A stretch of DNA of 64,000 bases from Bacillota bacterium (GCA_023405135.1 JAEXYZ010000062.1:6500-70499), one strand, 5' to 3'; positions 19,938 to 31,061 are shown, numbered from the stretch's first letter. The notes: a model not told the origin generated them from the letters alone. Made by a program: numbers and translations.

Positions 19938-21283
19938 TTCAATATTCAAAATTACAACATAAAAAAGTATTAGTACTTGGCTTAGCAAAAAGTGGTGTTG
20001 CAGCAGCAGAGCTCCTACATCAGTTAGGAGCTTTCGTTACGGTTAATGATTCAAAACCATTTGATGAAAATCCTCAAGCACAGCAGCTACTTCAAAAAGG
20101 GATCACTGTTATATGTGGAAGACATCCAGAGGATTTATTAGATGAAGGTTTTGAATTAATAGTAAAAAATCCTGGTATACCTTATACGAATTCGATAATA
20201 GAGGATGCTTTGAAACGTGAATTACCAGTTATAACAGAGGTAGAGCTTGCTTATTTAGTAAGCGAAGCACCAATTATCGGCATTACTGGTACAAATGGCA
20301 AAACAACAACCACTACATTAATTTATGAAATGTTAAATAAAGCTAATCGTCGACCTTTAATCGCTGGAAATATTGGAACCGTCGCATGCAGTGTTGCTGC
20401 TAATGCAACCTCTGAAAATGTAATAGTGACTGAACTGTCATCGTTTCAGTTAATGGGAACAATTGAATTTAAGCCTAAAATTGCAATTTTAACAAATTTA
20501 TATGATGCACATTTGGACTACCATGGAACATTTGAACAATATGCAGAGGCGAAATTTGCAATTGCAAAAAATCAAGATGAAACAGATTGGCTAATATATA
20601 ATGCTGAACAAGATGTTGTAAAACAATTTGCTAATCGATCAAATGCTAAAAAGGTGCCATTTAATGCAAATGGACGATCTGAAAGTGGGATAAGTGCTGA
20701 TGACACGACAATTTATTGGCAGGGAGAACCGTATCTAAGTAGAGTAAATATTGCTTTACCAGGGAAGCATAATTTAGAAAATATATTGGCTGCCTTAGCT
20801 GCATGTATACTTTACGGTTGTGAAAAATCAGACATAGAAGTTGTGTTAAAAACTTTTACAGGTGTAAGACATCGTACTCAATTTGTTCGTGAGTGGAATG
20901 GCCGGAAATTTTATAACGATTCTAAAGCAACTAATTGTTTAGCTACTAAAGTGGCCTTAAATGCTTTTCATCAACCAACGATTTTACTTGCTGGAGGACT
21001 TGACCGAGGTCATTCCTTTGAAGAATTGCGTGAATCAATGAAAAATGTTAAAGCTGTCGTAGCATTTGGTGAAACTGGACAACGGTTTATTGAATTTGCA
21101 AAATCTTGCGGTATTGAAAACACAATTCTTGCAAAAGATGTTGAAGATGCAGTAAGACTTGCTGTACCTCTGTCAGAGATTGGCGACATTATATTATTGT
21201 CACCTGCGTGTGCGAGTTGGGATCAATATAAAAGTTTTGAAATACGTGGAGATTTATTTATAGAGGCAGTAATGGATCTTTAA
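19934..21283 (+). CDS. murD: UDP-MurNAc-L-Ala--D-Glu ligase
   Basis: GLAKSG, ITGTNGKTT, ELSSFQL, NDSKATN and LLSPACASWDQ motifs; ATG 19934 overlaps the mraY stop. Confidence 0.96.
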   Translation: MIQYSKLQHKKVLVLGLAKSGVAAAELLHQLGAFVTVNDSKPFDENPQAQQLLQKGITVICGRHPEDLLDEGFELIVKNPGIPYTNSIIEDALKRELPVITEVELAYLVSEAPIIGITGTNGKTTTTTLIYEMLNKANRRPLIAGNIGTVACSVAANATSENVIVTELSSFQLMGTIEFKPKIAILTNLYDAHLDYHGTFEQYAEAKFAIAKNQDETDWLIYNAEQDVVKQFANRSNAKKVPFNANGRSESGISADDTTIYWQGEPYLSRVNIALPGKHNLENILAALAACILYGCEKSDIEVVLKTFTGVRHRTQFVREWNGRKFYNDSKATNCLATKVALNAFHQPTILLAGGLDRGHSFEELRESMKNVKAVVAFGETGQRFIEFAKSCGIENTILAKDVEDAVRLAVPLSEIGDIILLSPACASWDQYKSFEIRGDLFIEAVMDL

Positions 21284-21366
21284 ATCCTGTGCTTAGAACA
21301 GAGGAACTTGTTTCTAAGCACACTCTGTTAGTTGTCTATAGTTATCATGAGGAAAGGATGCCTTAA

Positions 21367-22446
21367 CTGAAATTTACTTATAAAAGGCTATTTATTATCT
21401 CTGCATTCTTGCTATCTACAATTGGGATTATTTTTATTTATTCCGCTGGTACATATTGGAGTTCAATTCATTATGAAGGACAATTACCATTTTATTTAAA
21501 GCAACTTATATATTTAATACTTGCTATTTTTGTCTTTACAGTTGTTGCTAACATGCCAATGTTTACAGTGGAAAAAACGTGGATTTCATTATATGTATTT
21601 TCACTTTTTTTACTCATTTTAGTTTTAATACCTGGTATCGGAATTGTACGTAATGGATCGCAAAGCTGGATTGGCATAGGTCCTTTAACAATTCAACCAG
21701 CGGAATTAGTGAAAATTACTACATTAATGTATTTAAGCTATATGTTAAGTAAGGTGAAAAATGGAGAACGGGTTATTCGTTTTCAACATTTTTTAATTAT
21801 TATTATTCCATGTGCTTTAATAATGCTTCAGCCGGATTTTGGCTCTGTATTTATCTTAGTTGTATCTGCCTTCATCCTACTGTTTATTGCTAAATATCCA
21901 ATTAAGCTATATATCGGTTTTATCGTTCTAGGCGTTATCGGTTTAGTTGGATTAATTGCGTCTGCACCTTATCGATTAAAAAGAATTGAAGCTTTTATAA
22001 ATCCTTGGGCAGATCCACTTGGTAGTGGCTTTCAGGCAGTGCAATCATTATTAGCCATTGGACCGGCAGGAATATTAGGTCATGGGTTTCAAGAAAGTCG
22101 CCAAAAGTTTTTATATTTACCAGAACCTCAAAATGATTTTATTTTTTCAATTATTTTAGAGGAAATTGGTTTTTTAGGGGGATGTGTTGTATTAATTCTT
22201 TTTGCACTTTTCATTTACTCTGGTTTTGGACTTGCATTGCAAACTACAAAAAGCTCTGATTTTTATGCAATATCTGCTTTAGTTACGATGGTTGGATTTC
22301 AAGCAGCTTTAAATATAGGTGTAGTCATTGGTTTAATTCCAGTAACAGGTGTTACATTGCCCTTTATTAGTTATGGTGGAACATCATTATTAATCATTTG
22401 GTTTATTGTGGCAATTGTTGTTAGCTTTTCAAATCGAACCGATTAA
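21367..22446 (+). CDS. spoVE: SEDS family peptidoglycan polymerase SpoVE; probable CTG start
   Basis: NGSQSWI, IQPAE, LQPDFG, LPEPQNDFIF and PFISYGGTS motifs; position after murD. In-frame CTG 21367 follows AAAGGA; the ORF-track start is 21409. Confidence 0.85.
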   Translation: MKFTYKRLFIISAFLLSTIGIIFIYSAGTYWSSIHYEGQLPFYLKQLIYLILAIFVFTVVANMPMFTVEKTWISLYVFSLFLLILVLIPGIGIVRNGSQSWIGIGPLTIQPAELVKITTLMYLSYMLSKVKNGERVIRFQHFLIIIIPCALIMLQPDFGSVFILVVSAFILLFIAKYPIKLYIGFIVLGVIGLVGLIASAPYRLKRIEAFINPWADPLGSGFQAVQSLLAIGPAGILGHGFQESRQKFLYLPEPQNDFIFSIILEEIGFLGGCVVLILFALFIYSGFGLALQTTKSSDFYAISALVTMVGFQAALNIGVVIGLIPVTGVTLPFISYGGTSLLIIWFIVAIVVSFSNRTD

Positions 22447-22651
22447 CTTCGAGCTTTAAAAATAATAGCATGCAACTTACAACTGCTCTCGTATCCCATT
22501 GGGCTTGCCAAAAGGTTGAAGTTGAAAAATGTTAGTCGAGACAGATAGAGAGCTTTTAATTTAGAAAAATTGAATGTTACGTGGGTGTTACATGAGGTGG
22601 CGTGCAACTAAAAGCACTTTGGGTTTTACAGAAGAAAGGAGGAGTAAAAAT

Positions 22652-23494
22652 ATGGATAAAGTAATAGACATCGAAGAACGTATACCTACATTGAGAGAAA
22701 AAAGAAGAAGAAGAACCAATTTTAAATTTATCGCATTATTATTGTTGTTTTTCCTTACACTATTTTTACTCCTTTATTTTCAATCACCTTATAGCGATAT
22801 AAAAAAAATAAACATCATGGGCTCTAAGCTTGTTAATGAAGAAGTTTATTTGCAAAAATCAGAATTGAAAATTGGCAACTCGATGTGGGGATTTAAAGTG
22901 AATGATATTGAGAATAAGCTTCGACAACAACAATGGGTAAAAGACGTTCAAGTAACAAGAAAATGGCTAACAACAGTAGAAATTAATGTGGAAGAATGGC
23001 AGAAAGTTGCTTATATTTCAGTTGATAATGAATTTTATCCAATGCTTGAGAACGGTGAGATGTTTAAACAGGCAAGTACGATGGAGCCTGTTGATGCACC
23101 TTTATTTTTACAATTTGAAGATGAGCAATTGAGAAAAAAATTATTAAAAGAACTAGCAAAGCTTGATCCTACTGTATTAGCATTAATCTCTCAAATAAAT
23201 GCCACTCCTTCAAGTGCAGACCCATATTCTATTACGCTTTTCATGAATGATGGCTATGAGGTTAGAGCAGAAATTACGTCACTCGCGGACAAACTCAAAT
23301 ATTATCCTTCCATTGTCGCTCAGATAGAAAGTGCTGGTGGATATGAAAAAGGCATTATTGATATTGAAGTAGGTTCTTATTATAGATCGTATAGTGATGA
23401 ATACACAAAATTAAATATACCTGTTGATGAAATGGAAACTGACAGCGAAGTAGAACAGGAAGTGATGGCTGATGAAGAAACCATTTCCCAATAA
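22652..23494 (+). CDS. divIB: Cell division protein DivIB/FtsQ
   Basis: MDKVIDIEERIP start, TM, POTRA domain, LFMNDG and GIIDIEVG; strong AGGAGG RBS before ATG 22652. Confidence 0.92.
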   Translation: MDKVIDIEERIPTLREKRRRRTNFKFIALLLLFFLTLFLLLYFQSPYSDIKKINIMGSKLVNEEVYLQKSELKIGNSMWGFKVNDIENKLRQQQWVKDVQVTRKWLTTVEINVEEWQKVAYISVDNEFYPMLENGEMFKQASTMEPVDAPLFLQFEDEQLRKKLLKELAKLDPTVLALISQINATPSSADPYSITLFMNDGYEVRAEITSLADKLKYYPSIVAQIESAGGYEKGIIDIEVGSYYRSYSDEYTKLNIPVDEMETDSEVEQEVMADEETISQ

Positions 23495-24188
23495 AACGAA
23501 TAAATTTACGAGGAAACATTTCATCATTTTAATTGTTTGTATTGTTACAGGATTTATTATTGGCTATTCATATAATCTTACGAAAGATGAAGAAAAGATA
23601 AATAGCTCTTACTTGGATCAAGAAGAATCATATCGAGAAGATTTAATTGACCAAAAAGAAAGGAATAAAGAGTTAACTGAAGAACTAAATAATTTACAAA
23701 TTCGAATTCGAGAATTTGAAAAGTCTTTTGCAGAAAATAAAGATGAATATGAGCATTTGCTTAATGAAGCGGAAAAGCTGAGATTAATGATTGGTGAAAT
23801 ACCTTCACAAGGACAAGGTGTACGAGTCACTTTAAAAGATGGTGAATATAATCCTAACTCTACTAATCCAAATGAGTATATCGTTCATGAAAGCCATGTT
23901 TTATCAGTCATAAATGAATTGAAAATTTCTGGTGCAGAAGCTATTTCAATTAATGGACAAAGATTAAAATCGAATTCATATATCAGGTGTAATGGACCTG
24001 TTATAACAATTGATGGTAGGCAATTTCCAGCTCCCTTTGTAATAGAAGCTGTAGGTGACTCTAAATCATTAGTTGCATCAATGAAAATTGTTGGAGGAAT
24101 TTTTGACCAATTATTAAATGACCGAATCGTTGTTACAATTGAAGAAAGTGACCTTATTCAAATGCCTTCTATAAATGATGAATCATAA
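23472..24188 (+). CDS. ylxW: DUF881 family protein
   Basis: GQGVRVTL, VINELKISGAEAISINGQR and IRCNGPVI motifs. Confidence 0.8.
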   Translation: MKKPFPNKTNKFTRKHFIILIVCIVTGFIIGYSYNLTKDEEKINSSYLDQEESYREDLIDQKERNKELTEELNNLQIRIREFEKSFAENKDEYEHLLNEAEKLRLMIGEIPSQGQGVRVTLKDGEYNPNSTNPNEYIVHESHVLSVINELKISGAEAISINGQRLKSNSYIRCNGPVITIDGRQFPAPFVIEAVGDSKSLVASMKIVGGIFDQLLNDRIVVTIEESDLIQMPSINDES

Positions 24189-24239
24189 ATTATTCGCGGA
24201 ACTTGCTAATAAATTATAGAACCGTTTGGGAGTGTTACA

Positions 24240-24959
24240 ATGAATAAAGAAATAGTTACACGAATAACAATTGTATCAACTATTGTAGGGTTCATGATAG
24301 CTGTTCAATATAATACAATTCAGCAACCAACAACAAGGGATACTCGAGATATATGGGAAATACGTCAAGAGTTATCTGAAGAAAAAAAGCGACATTCAGA
24401 ATTGCTCTCAGAAATATCTAACTTAAATAAAATTGTTAGGGAATATGAAAATAATGATACTGAAAGTCAAGCCCAATTATTAAAGAATACAGTGAATGAT
24501 TTAAAACGGCAAACAGGGATTAGTTCCGTTTCTGGGCCTGGTGTTATTTTAAATATTAGCCCAGCAATGGAATTAATTGAGTTTGGCTATACAATAAAAC
24601 CTATTTCACCTGATTTATTAATTCGATTAGTAAATGAAATTTATCGCTACAACGGTTTATTTGTTGAAATTGGTGGACAACGAGTTATTCATACAACAGC
24701 GATCCGTGATATCAATGGTGCTACGACTGTAAACGGTGTTCCAATAGACGGTTCAAATGTTGAAATAAGAGTCATTACGAATAGTCTAGAAAATGCTGAA
24801 AAACTATATAGTTACCTATATGCATCAACATTTCGAGATGACTTTTACCTTGATAATTTAAATTTAGTCATTAATGAAGCTCAATCATATTTAACGATAG
24901 GTGAGTATGATGGTGAACTAACAAATACTTACTTAGTTGAAAACAGTGAAGGGGATTAG
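24240..24959 (+). CDS. ylxX: DUF881 family protein
   Basis: GFMIAVQ, VSGPGV and GGQRVIHTTAIRD motifs; paralog adjacent to ylxW. Confidence 0.78.
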   Translation: MNKEIVTRITIVSTIVGFMIAVQYNTIQQPTTRDTRDIWEIRQELSEEKKRHSELLSEISNLNKIVREYENNDTESQAQLLKNTVNDLKRQTGISSVSGPGVILNISPAMELIEFGYTIKPISPDLLIRLVNEIYRYNGLFVEIGGQRVIHTTAIRDINGATTVNGVPIDGSNVEIRVITNSLENAEKLYSYLYASTFRDDFYLDNLNLVINEAQSYLTIGEYDGELTNTYLVENSEGD

Positions 24960-24962
24960 AGT

Positions 24963-25331
24963 ATGTGGTTACCATTACTTGGATTGCTATTAGGACTCAC
25001 ATTTGGACTATTAACCGATATTCAAATTCCAGCAGTTTATGAGCATTATTTATCAATTGCCGTGCTGGCTGCGCTCGATACAATTTTTGGTGGAATAAGA
25101 GCAAATTTACAACAAGTATATGATGATAAAGTTTTTGTTTCAGGCTTTTTCTTCAATATTGCATTAGCTGCCGCATTAGCATTTTTAGGAGTTCATTTAG
25201 GTGTTGACCTTTATTTAGCAGCAATTTTTGCTTTTGGTGTTCGACTTTTCCAAAATATAGCTGTCATTCGACGTATTTTGATAACAAAATGGGAAGAGAG
25301 ACATATAAAAAAGGATGAAAATACAGTATAA
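24963..25331 (+). CDS. sbp: Small basic protein (DUF1290)
   Basis: YLSIAVLAALDTIFGG and FGVRLFQNIAVIRR motifs. Confidence 0.92.
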   Translation: MWLPLLGLLLGLTFGLLTDIQIPAVYEHYLSIAVLAALDTIFGGIRANLQQVYDDKVFVSGFFFNIALAAALAFLGVHLGVDLYLAAIFAFGVRLFQNIAVIRRILITKWEERHIKKDENTV

Positions 25332-25428
25332 TAGCTGTAAAATTGTATAGTATACATTGATTTACTTAGACAATAGCTAGAAATTACAATAGAATAATAA
25401 TAGGAGTAATCGAAGGAGGTGCGGTAAA

Positions 25429-26718
25429 GTGAATCATCAAGATACTTACATTTCACTTGATATAGGATCTTCTTCTATCAAGGTTTTGATAGGAGATATA
25501 ACAGACAATCAATTACATGTCATCGGTGTCGGAAATGTTAAATCAAATGGAATTCGAAAAGGCGCGATTGTTGATATAGATGCAACCGTACAATCAATTA
25601 AAAAAGCAGTGGAACAAGCTGAAAGAATGACTGGAATAAAAATTGACGAAGTAGTGTTAGGCATACCTGCAAATCAAACTACTCTTCAACCTGTAAAAGG
25701 GGTTGTTGCTGTAAATAGTGAAAACCGCGAAATTACTGATGAAGATCTAGAAAGAGTTATTGAGTCCGCACAAGTAATGTCGATACCACCTGAACGAGAG
25801 CTTGTAAATTTAATTCCACGTCAATTTATTGTTGATAACTTAGATGAAATTAAAGATCCTCGTGGGATGATTGGTATTCGTTTAGAAATGGATGCAACGA
25901 TGATCACAACATCTAAAACATTAGTTCATAATGTTTTAAGATGTGTTGAACGTGCAGGATTACAAATAAGAGAAATTTACTTACAACCTTTAGCAGCTGG
26001 ATTTTTTGCATTAACTGAGGATGAGAAAAACCAAGGTACAGCCTTTATCGATTTAGGAGGCGGTTCAACTACTATCGCAGTTTTTGAAGATGGTTTATTG
26101 ACACGTACAGGAGTTATTCCAGTTGGTGGCGAACATATAACGAAAGATTTATCTATAGTATTAAAAACCCCTACGGAACAAGCCGAAATAATAAAAAAGC
26201 AGTTTGGACATGCATTTTTTGATGATGCCTCTGATGATGAAGTGTTTGAAGTACCTGTTTCAGGAACTGATACAATGGATCAATATAGTCAAAAATATAT
26301 TGCAGAAATCATTGGTGTTCGTTTAGAAGAATTGTTTGAACTAATTTTAGATGAGTTAGCTCGCTTAGGGGTGCGTGATTTACCTGGTGGAGTAGTCCTT
26401 ACAGGTGGTGTTGCTCAATTAGAAGGAATTGCCCAATTGGCAAGACAAACTATGCAAACACGTGTAAGAATTTATACTCCTGACTATATAGGTGTCCGTG
26501 AGCCGGCTTATACAACTGCTGTTGGTTTAATACGCTATGCCCATTTAGAGGATGAATTTTACGGTAGAAGTGCAAATCAAACACCTGTTTATGCAACAAT
26601 TGGAGCAGGGACAACTCCTCCTAAAAAACAATCTAATGTGTCAGAACGAGATATTAACAGTAATAAAACAAGCGTAATTAACAAAGCTAAGAAACTATTT
26701 GATAAGTTTTTTGAATAA
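25429..26718 (+). CDS. ftsA: Cell division protein FtsA
   Basis: [17 protein letters not shown] and VLTGGVAQL motifs. Confidence 0.97.
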   Translation: MNHQDTYISLDIGSSSIKVLIGDITDNQLHVIGVGNVKSNGIRKGAIVDIDATVQSIKKAVEQAERMTGIKIDEVVLGIPANQTTLQPVKGVVAVNSENREITDEDLERVIESAQVMSIPPERELVNLIPRQFIVDNLDEIKDPRGMIGIRLEMDATMITTSKTLVHNVLRCVERAGLQIREIYLQPLAAGFFALTEDEKNQGTAFIDLGGGSTTIAVFEDGLLTRTGVIPVGGEHITKDLSIVLKTPTEQAEIIKKQFGHAFFDDASDDEVFEVPVSGTDTMDQYSQKYIAEIIGVRLEELFELILDELARLGVRDLPGGVVLTGGVAQLEGIAQLARQTMQTRVRIYTPDYIGVREPAYTTAVGLIRYAHLEDEFYGRSANQTPVYATIGAGTTPPKKQSNVSERDINSNKTSVINKAKKLFDKFFE

Positions 26719-26750
26719 TTTTCGAGACTAGTGTGGCAGGAGGAGAAACT

Positions 26751-27902
26751 ATGTTAGAATTTGATACGAGTATAGACCAGCTAGCTAACATTAAAGTAAT
26801 TGGCGTTGGCGGTGGTGGTAATAACGCAGTAAATAGAATGATTGAACATGGCGTACAAGGTGTTGACTTTATCGCTGTTAATACAGACGCACAGGCTTTA
26901 AATCTATCAAAAGCCGAATATAAATTACAGATTGGTAATAAATTAACTCGCGGACTTGGCGCAGGTGCTAATCCGGAAGTGGGAAAAAAGGCTGCTGAAG
27001 AAAGTCGAGAGCAAATAGAAGAAGTTCTTCGTGGAGCAGATATGGTATTCGTTACTGCTGGTATGGGCGGTGGTACTGGTACAGGTGCTGCACCAGTTAT
27101 TGCTACTATTGCTCGTGAATTAGGAGCATTAACAGTTGGAGTTGTAACTCGTCCGTTTTCTTTTGAAGGCCGTAAACGTCAAACACAAGCTATTGGTGGT
27201 ATTGCAGCCATGAAGGAAGCTGTAGATACACTGATTGTAATTCCGAATGATAAGCTTTTACAAATCGTTGATAAAAGTACACCAATGCTTGAGGCATTCC
27301 GTGAAGCTGATAACGTATTGCGTCAAGGTGTACAAGGTATTTCGGATTTAATTGCTACACCTGGACTTATTAACTTGGACTTTGCAGACGTTAAAACGAT
27401 TATGTCTGATAAAGGTTCTGCATTAATGGGTATTGGTATTGCAACAGGTGAAAACCGTGCGACAGAAGCGGCTAAAAAAGCGATTTCAAGTCCACTACTT
27501 GAAACGTCCATTGATGGTGCAAAAGGTGTTATTATGAATATTACTGGTGGAACGAACTTAAGTTTATTTGAAGTTCAAGAAGCTGCAGATATTGTTGCAT
27601 CTGCTTCTGACGAAGAAGTAAATATGATTTTCGGTTCTGTAATCAATGAAAACTTAAATGATGAAATTATTGTAACGGTTATTGCAACAGGATTCTCTGA
27701 TGATGTTATACAACAACGTCCTCAAAATACGCGACCAATGGGAAATGCACGCAATACTAATACACAAACGCAACAACAACCATCTCCAATTCGTGAACGC
27801 GTACAAGAACAACCGGTACAACAGCAAGAACCACAACGTCAGGTTCAACAAGAAGATATGTTAGACATTCCAACATTCTTACGTAACCGTCGCAACCGTT
27901 AA
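26751..27902 (+). CDS. ftsZ: Cell division protein FtsZ
   Basis: GGGTGTG signature and C-terminal [19 protein letters not shown] before ATG 26751. Confidence 0.98.
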   Translation: MLEFDTSIDQLANIKVIGVGGGGNNAVNRMIEHGVQGVDFIAVNTDAQALNLSKAEYKLQIGNKLTRGLGAGANPEVGKKAAEESREQIEEVLRGADMVFVTAGMGGGTGTGAAPVIATIARELGALTVGVVTRPFSFEGRKRQTQAIGGIAAMKEAVDTLIVIPNDKLLQIVDKSTPMLEAFREADNVLRQGVQGISDLIATPGLINLDFADVKTIMSDKGSALMGIGIATGENRATEAAKKAISSPLLETSIDGAKGVIMNITGGTNLSLFEVQEAADIVASASDEEVNMIFGSVINENLNDEIIVTVIATGFSDDVIQQRPQNTRPMGNARNTNTQTQQQPSPIRERVQEQPVQQQEPQRQVQQEDMLDIPTFLRNRRNR

Positions 27903-27932
27903 TCAAAATTCGAATACATTCGACATAAGCAG

Positions 27933-27969
27933 ACTGCTCATTCTATATATAGAAATGGGCAGTTTTTTT
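27933..27969 (+). terminator. Intrinsic terminator after ftsZ
   Basis: ACTGCTCATT...AATGGGCAGT plus T-tract. Confidence 0.75.
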
Positions 27970-28071
27970 GTTGTTCTCCAGCCTTATATTGAGAACAAAC
28001 AGCTAGTTGAATTTTAGACAGATATACTATATTTCTTGTACAATTTTCAGTAGTTAAACAAATTTTAGTAC

Positions 28072-28219
28072 ACGCAGCCTACCACTGTAAGCTGCGAATT
28101 TTATTTAGAAGTTTTAGAAGTATATCACATCTGTGAGTGGGCCTTGCACAAAGCACAAAGACAAGTCGTAGAGACATGTACAACATGGCTCTGCGGCTTG
28201 TGTGTTTAGCCCGCTCACA
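28072..28219 (+). repeat. Structured intergenic repeat, copy 2 (homologous to 4556-4693)
   Basis: Same sequence blocks as copy 1; long stem TGTGAGTGGGC/GCCCGCTCACA. Confidence 0.8.
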
Positions 28220-28342
28220 ATACCCATAACAATTAAGTATTTTTATAAGTACCTTCTGATAATGCGGTATATTAATCAGCAAGCATCATCCTCTTTTCCA
28301 CCCTCATTTTCCTATGGAAATCCATTTTTCGCTCGATTTTCT

Positions 28343-28437
28343 TGTCGAAATTCTAAAAAAACAGAAAAAATTGTCAAAAAGATTTTAGCTTTTCGTACTA
28401 CAGTTTGACATTTTCCTCAACTTCCTAGTGTTAAGCT
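28343..28437 (+). promoter_or_regulatory. spoIIG promoter with Spo0A boxes
   Basis: TGTCGAA (28343), TGTCAAA (28372) and reverse box TTTGACA (28404). TTGACA-21 bp-TAAGCT has the long spacer typical of the Spo0A-dependent spoIIG promoter. Confidence 0.6.
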
Positions 28438-28457
28438 ATTTCTAGGAGGACGCTAAA

Positions 28458-29282
28458 ATGATTGGAGAATTACTCGTACTATACAATACGTTATTCAATT
28501 ACTTCTTATTAAAATTCACACAAGAAATAACGGGGTTGTATGTAAAAAGAAGTAGATTACTTCTTAGTGCGTTTTGTAGTGGATTAATCTCATCGATCTT
28601 TTATCACTCATTATTAGGCGCTGCCGTCAGTTTTATTGTTTTAATTGGACTCGCATTTTCTTTTCGTATCCAATCTTTATTAAAACAAGGGACAATCCTA
28701 TTTTTAACAACTTTCTTCCTCGGTGGAGTACTGACAAGTTTATTACCCTTTTTATTAAATCAAACCGAAGTAACTTTTTTTATTTTCTGTTCGGCAATCG
28801 CTTTCTTGAGTTTAACAACGATTCACTCTAAATGGAGAAAGATGATGCAAATGAAAGTTCAATCTTCATTTGTAGTGGATTGTGAGCTTGAACTATTAAA
28901 AAGAACATATTGCTTAAAGGGATTTATTGATACTGGCAATGAATGTATAGAGCCTTTAAGTGGCAAGCCAGTACAATTTCTTTCGTATAATGCTATCGCA
29001 AAGGAATTACCAGAAGACTTTCATGAAGCATTATTGAAGTGGGATGAAAAAAATCCATATGATTTAAAAATGTTTCCTTCTTATGTCTATCCGAAAGTTC
29101 GAGTATTGTCTCTTTCAACTGTACAAAAAGAAAGATCAACAGTCCTTGCTTTTCGGTTTGAACGTTTAAAAATTAGTGGGACAAAGGATAAGGAAATTTC
29201 CGAGCAATATGTTGTTTTTACTCGTAATGATGCGAAATATCCACATGACGCACAAATAATTCTTCACGTTTTATCGTTATGA
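28458..29282 (+). CDS. spoIIGA: Pro-sigma-E processing aspartic protease
   Basis: N-terminal TMs and GFIDTGN...EPLSGKPV; upstream of sigE. Confidence 0.9.
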   Translation: MIGELLVLYNTLFNYFLLKFTQEITGLYVKRSRLLLSAFCSGLISSIFYHSLLGAAVSFIVLIGLAFSFRIQSLLKQGTILFLTTFFLGGVLTSLLPFLLNQTEVTFFIFCSAIAFLSLTTIHSKWRKMMQMKVQSSFVVDCELELLKRTYCLKGFIDTGNECIEPLSGKPVQFLSYNAIAKELPEDFHEALLKWDEKNPYDLKMFPSYVYPKVRVLSLSTVQKERSTVLAFRFERLKISGTKDKEISEQYVVFTRNDAKYPHDAQIILHVLSL

Positions 29283-29308
29283 AAATGATGCATAAAGGGG
29301 GAAAATGA

Positions 29309-30019
29309 TTGTTTAATAAGTTAATCGAACTATTTAGAAAAATTTGGAGTAAGTTTCGTACTACTAAAGGAACATACTATATAGGAGGGCATGATTCATT
29401 GCCAGTACCATTAACTAGAGAAGAAGAGATGACAGTTATTGAAGCCTTTATGAATGGTGATTTAAGAGCAAGAGATACACTAATTGAAAGAAATTTACGT
29501 CTAGTAGTATATATTGCAAGACGTTTTGATAACACAGGAACTCCAATAGAAGATTTAATTAGTATAGGTTCAATTGGACTAATTAAAGCAATTGAAACAT
29601 TTAATACTGAAAAGAATATTAAGTTGGCGACTTATGCATCAAGATGTATAGAAAATGAAATATTAATGCATTTAAGAAAGACAAGCCGTATGAAAGGTGA
29701 AGTTTCATTAGACGAGCCTTTAAATTCAGATCCCGATGGAAACGAGCTTCTTCTATCAGATATTTTAGGTACAGAAGAACAAATTATTATGAATGACGTT
29801 GAAAAGAAAATTGAACGTCAGCACATGTTCCAAGCTATCAATGGTTTAAGTGAACGTGAAAGATACATTATGGAGTGTCGGTTTGGCTTAAATGGTAAGC
29901 AAGAAATGACTCAAAAAGAAGTTGCAGATCATTTAGGAATTTCCCAATCCTACATTTCCCGTTTAGAAAAGAAAATTATTTTGGATTTACGAGAACATCT
30001 AAATCAACCTATTTCTTAA
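29309..30019 (+). CDS. sigE: Sporulation sigma factor E (pro-form)
   Basis: Basic pro-peptide, [34 protein letters not shown] and [10 protein letters not shown]. Confidence 0.96.
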   Translation: MFNKLIELFRKIWSKFRTTKGTYYIGGHDSLPVPLTREEEMTVIEAFMNGDLRARDTLIERNLRLVVYIARRFDNTGTPIEDLISIGSIGLIKAIETFNTEKNIKLATYASRCIENEILMHLRKTSRMKGEVSLDEPLNSDPDGNELLLSDILGTEEQIIMNDVEKKIERQHMFQAINGLSERERYIMECRFGLNGKQEMTQKEVADHLGISQSYISRLEKKIILDLREHLNQPIS

Positions 30020-30070
30020 TTTTTAAGAATGACGACGTACAGAGTATATAGTTAGCTTCTCGATATTAAT

Positions 30071-30114
30071 AAAGAGTGTAGACAAAGTCAAATTTGATTT
30101 TGCTTACACTCTTT
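30071..30114 (+). terminator. Hairpin or terminator between sigE and sigG
   Basis: AAAGAGTGTA...TACACTCTTT inverted repeat. Confidence 0.6.
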
Positions 30115-30205
30115 GTATCTTATTTTTTAATTTTATCATCTATAAATAAATTCAATAAAATCAAGGCATGGTAGGCTATTGGATGAAATTGGACGCGCTT
30201 TTCGT

Positions 30206-30235
30206 GCATATTCTTCTTTATTCCGGACAAACTTA
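30206..30235 (+). promoter_or_regulatory. Sigma-F/sigma-G promoter of sigG
   Basis: GCATA-14 bp-GGACAAACTT matches the sigma-F consensus layout known upstream of sigG. Confidence 0.65.
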
Positions 30236-30278
30236 AAAAACAGTTCAGAGACAAAAAAACAGTTCGGAGGAAAAGAAG

Positions 30279-31061
30279 ATGGTTCGTACAAAAGTAGAAC
30301 TTTGTGGTGTAGATACTGCTTCTTTGCCAGTGCTAAAACATGAAGAGATGAGAGAGCTGTTCGTTCGCCTACAATCTGGGGAAGAATGGGTAAGAGATGA
30401 ACTAGTAATTTGTAATTTAAGACTTGTTTTAAGTATTGTCGGTCGATTTTCATATCGCGGTGAACAAGCAGATGATTTGTTCCAAGTTGGCTGTATCGGT
30501 TTATTAAAGGCTATTGATCATTTCGATTTAAAGCATAATGTTCGATTTTCAACATATGCTGTACCAATGATAATTGGTGAGATTCGAAGACATTTAAGAG
30601 ATCACCATGCATTACGTGTATCAAGATCTTTAAGAGATATAGCATATAAAGCGATGCAAGCAAAAGAGAAATTTATTTCAGAAAATTTACATGAACCGAC
30701 AATCGAACAATTAGCTGAAGCTATTGAAATGAAAAAAGAAGATGTGCTTTATGCATTAGATGCAATTCAAGATCCTCTATCATTGCAGGAGCCCATTTAT
30801 TCTGATGGCGGTGATGCAGTGTATATTATGGATCAATTAAGAGATGATGATGTATCAGAAGATCAATGGGTTGCCTATGTTAGTGTAAAAGAAAGTATGC
30901 AAAAATTAGATGAAAGACAACAAATGATATTATCAAAACGATTCTATTATGGCGAAACACAAACTGAAATTGCAAAATCACTAGGTATTTCTCAAGCGCA
31001 AATATCAAGATTAGAAAAAAATGCAATTGAGACAATGCAAAAAGACTATAAATTAGGCTAG
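30279..31061 (+). CDS. sigG: Sporulation sigma factor G
   Basis: KVELCGVDTASLPVL, DDLFQVGCIGL and FSTYAVPMIIGEIRR motifs. Confidence 0.96.
   Translation: MVRTKVELCGVDTASLPVLKHEEMRELFVRLQSGEEWVRDELVICNLRLVLSIVGRFSYRGEQADDLFQVGCIGLLKAIDHFDLKHNVRFSTYAVPMIIGEIRRHLRDHHALRVSRSLRDIAYKAMQAKEKFISENLHEPTIEQLAEAIEMKKEDVLYALDAIQDPLSLQEPIYSDGGDAVYIMDQLRDDDVSEDQWVAYVSVKESMQKLDERQQMILSKRFYYGETQTEIAKSLGISQAQISRLEKNAIETMQKDYKLG

Noticed and set aside
27710..27860. CAA-rich low-complexity stretch in ftsZ
   Set aside because: It encodes the normal Gln/Pro-rich disordered FtsZ linker.
28079..28408. ORFs 28079-28282 (-) and 28202-28408 (+)
   Set aside because: They overlap the non-coding repeat and the spoIIG promoter, with no RBS and no recognisable motifs.
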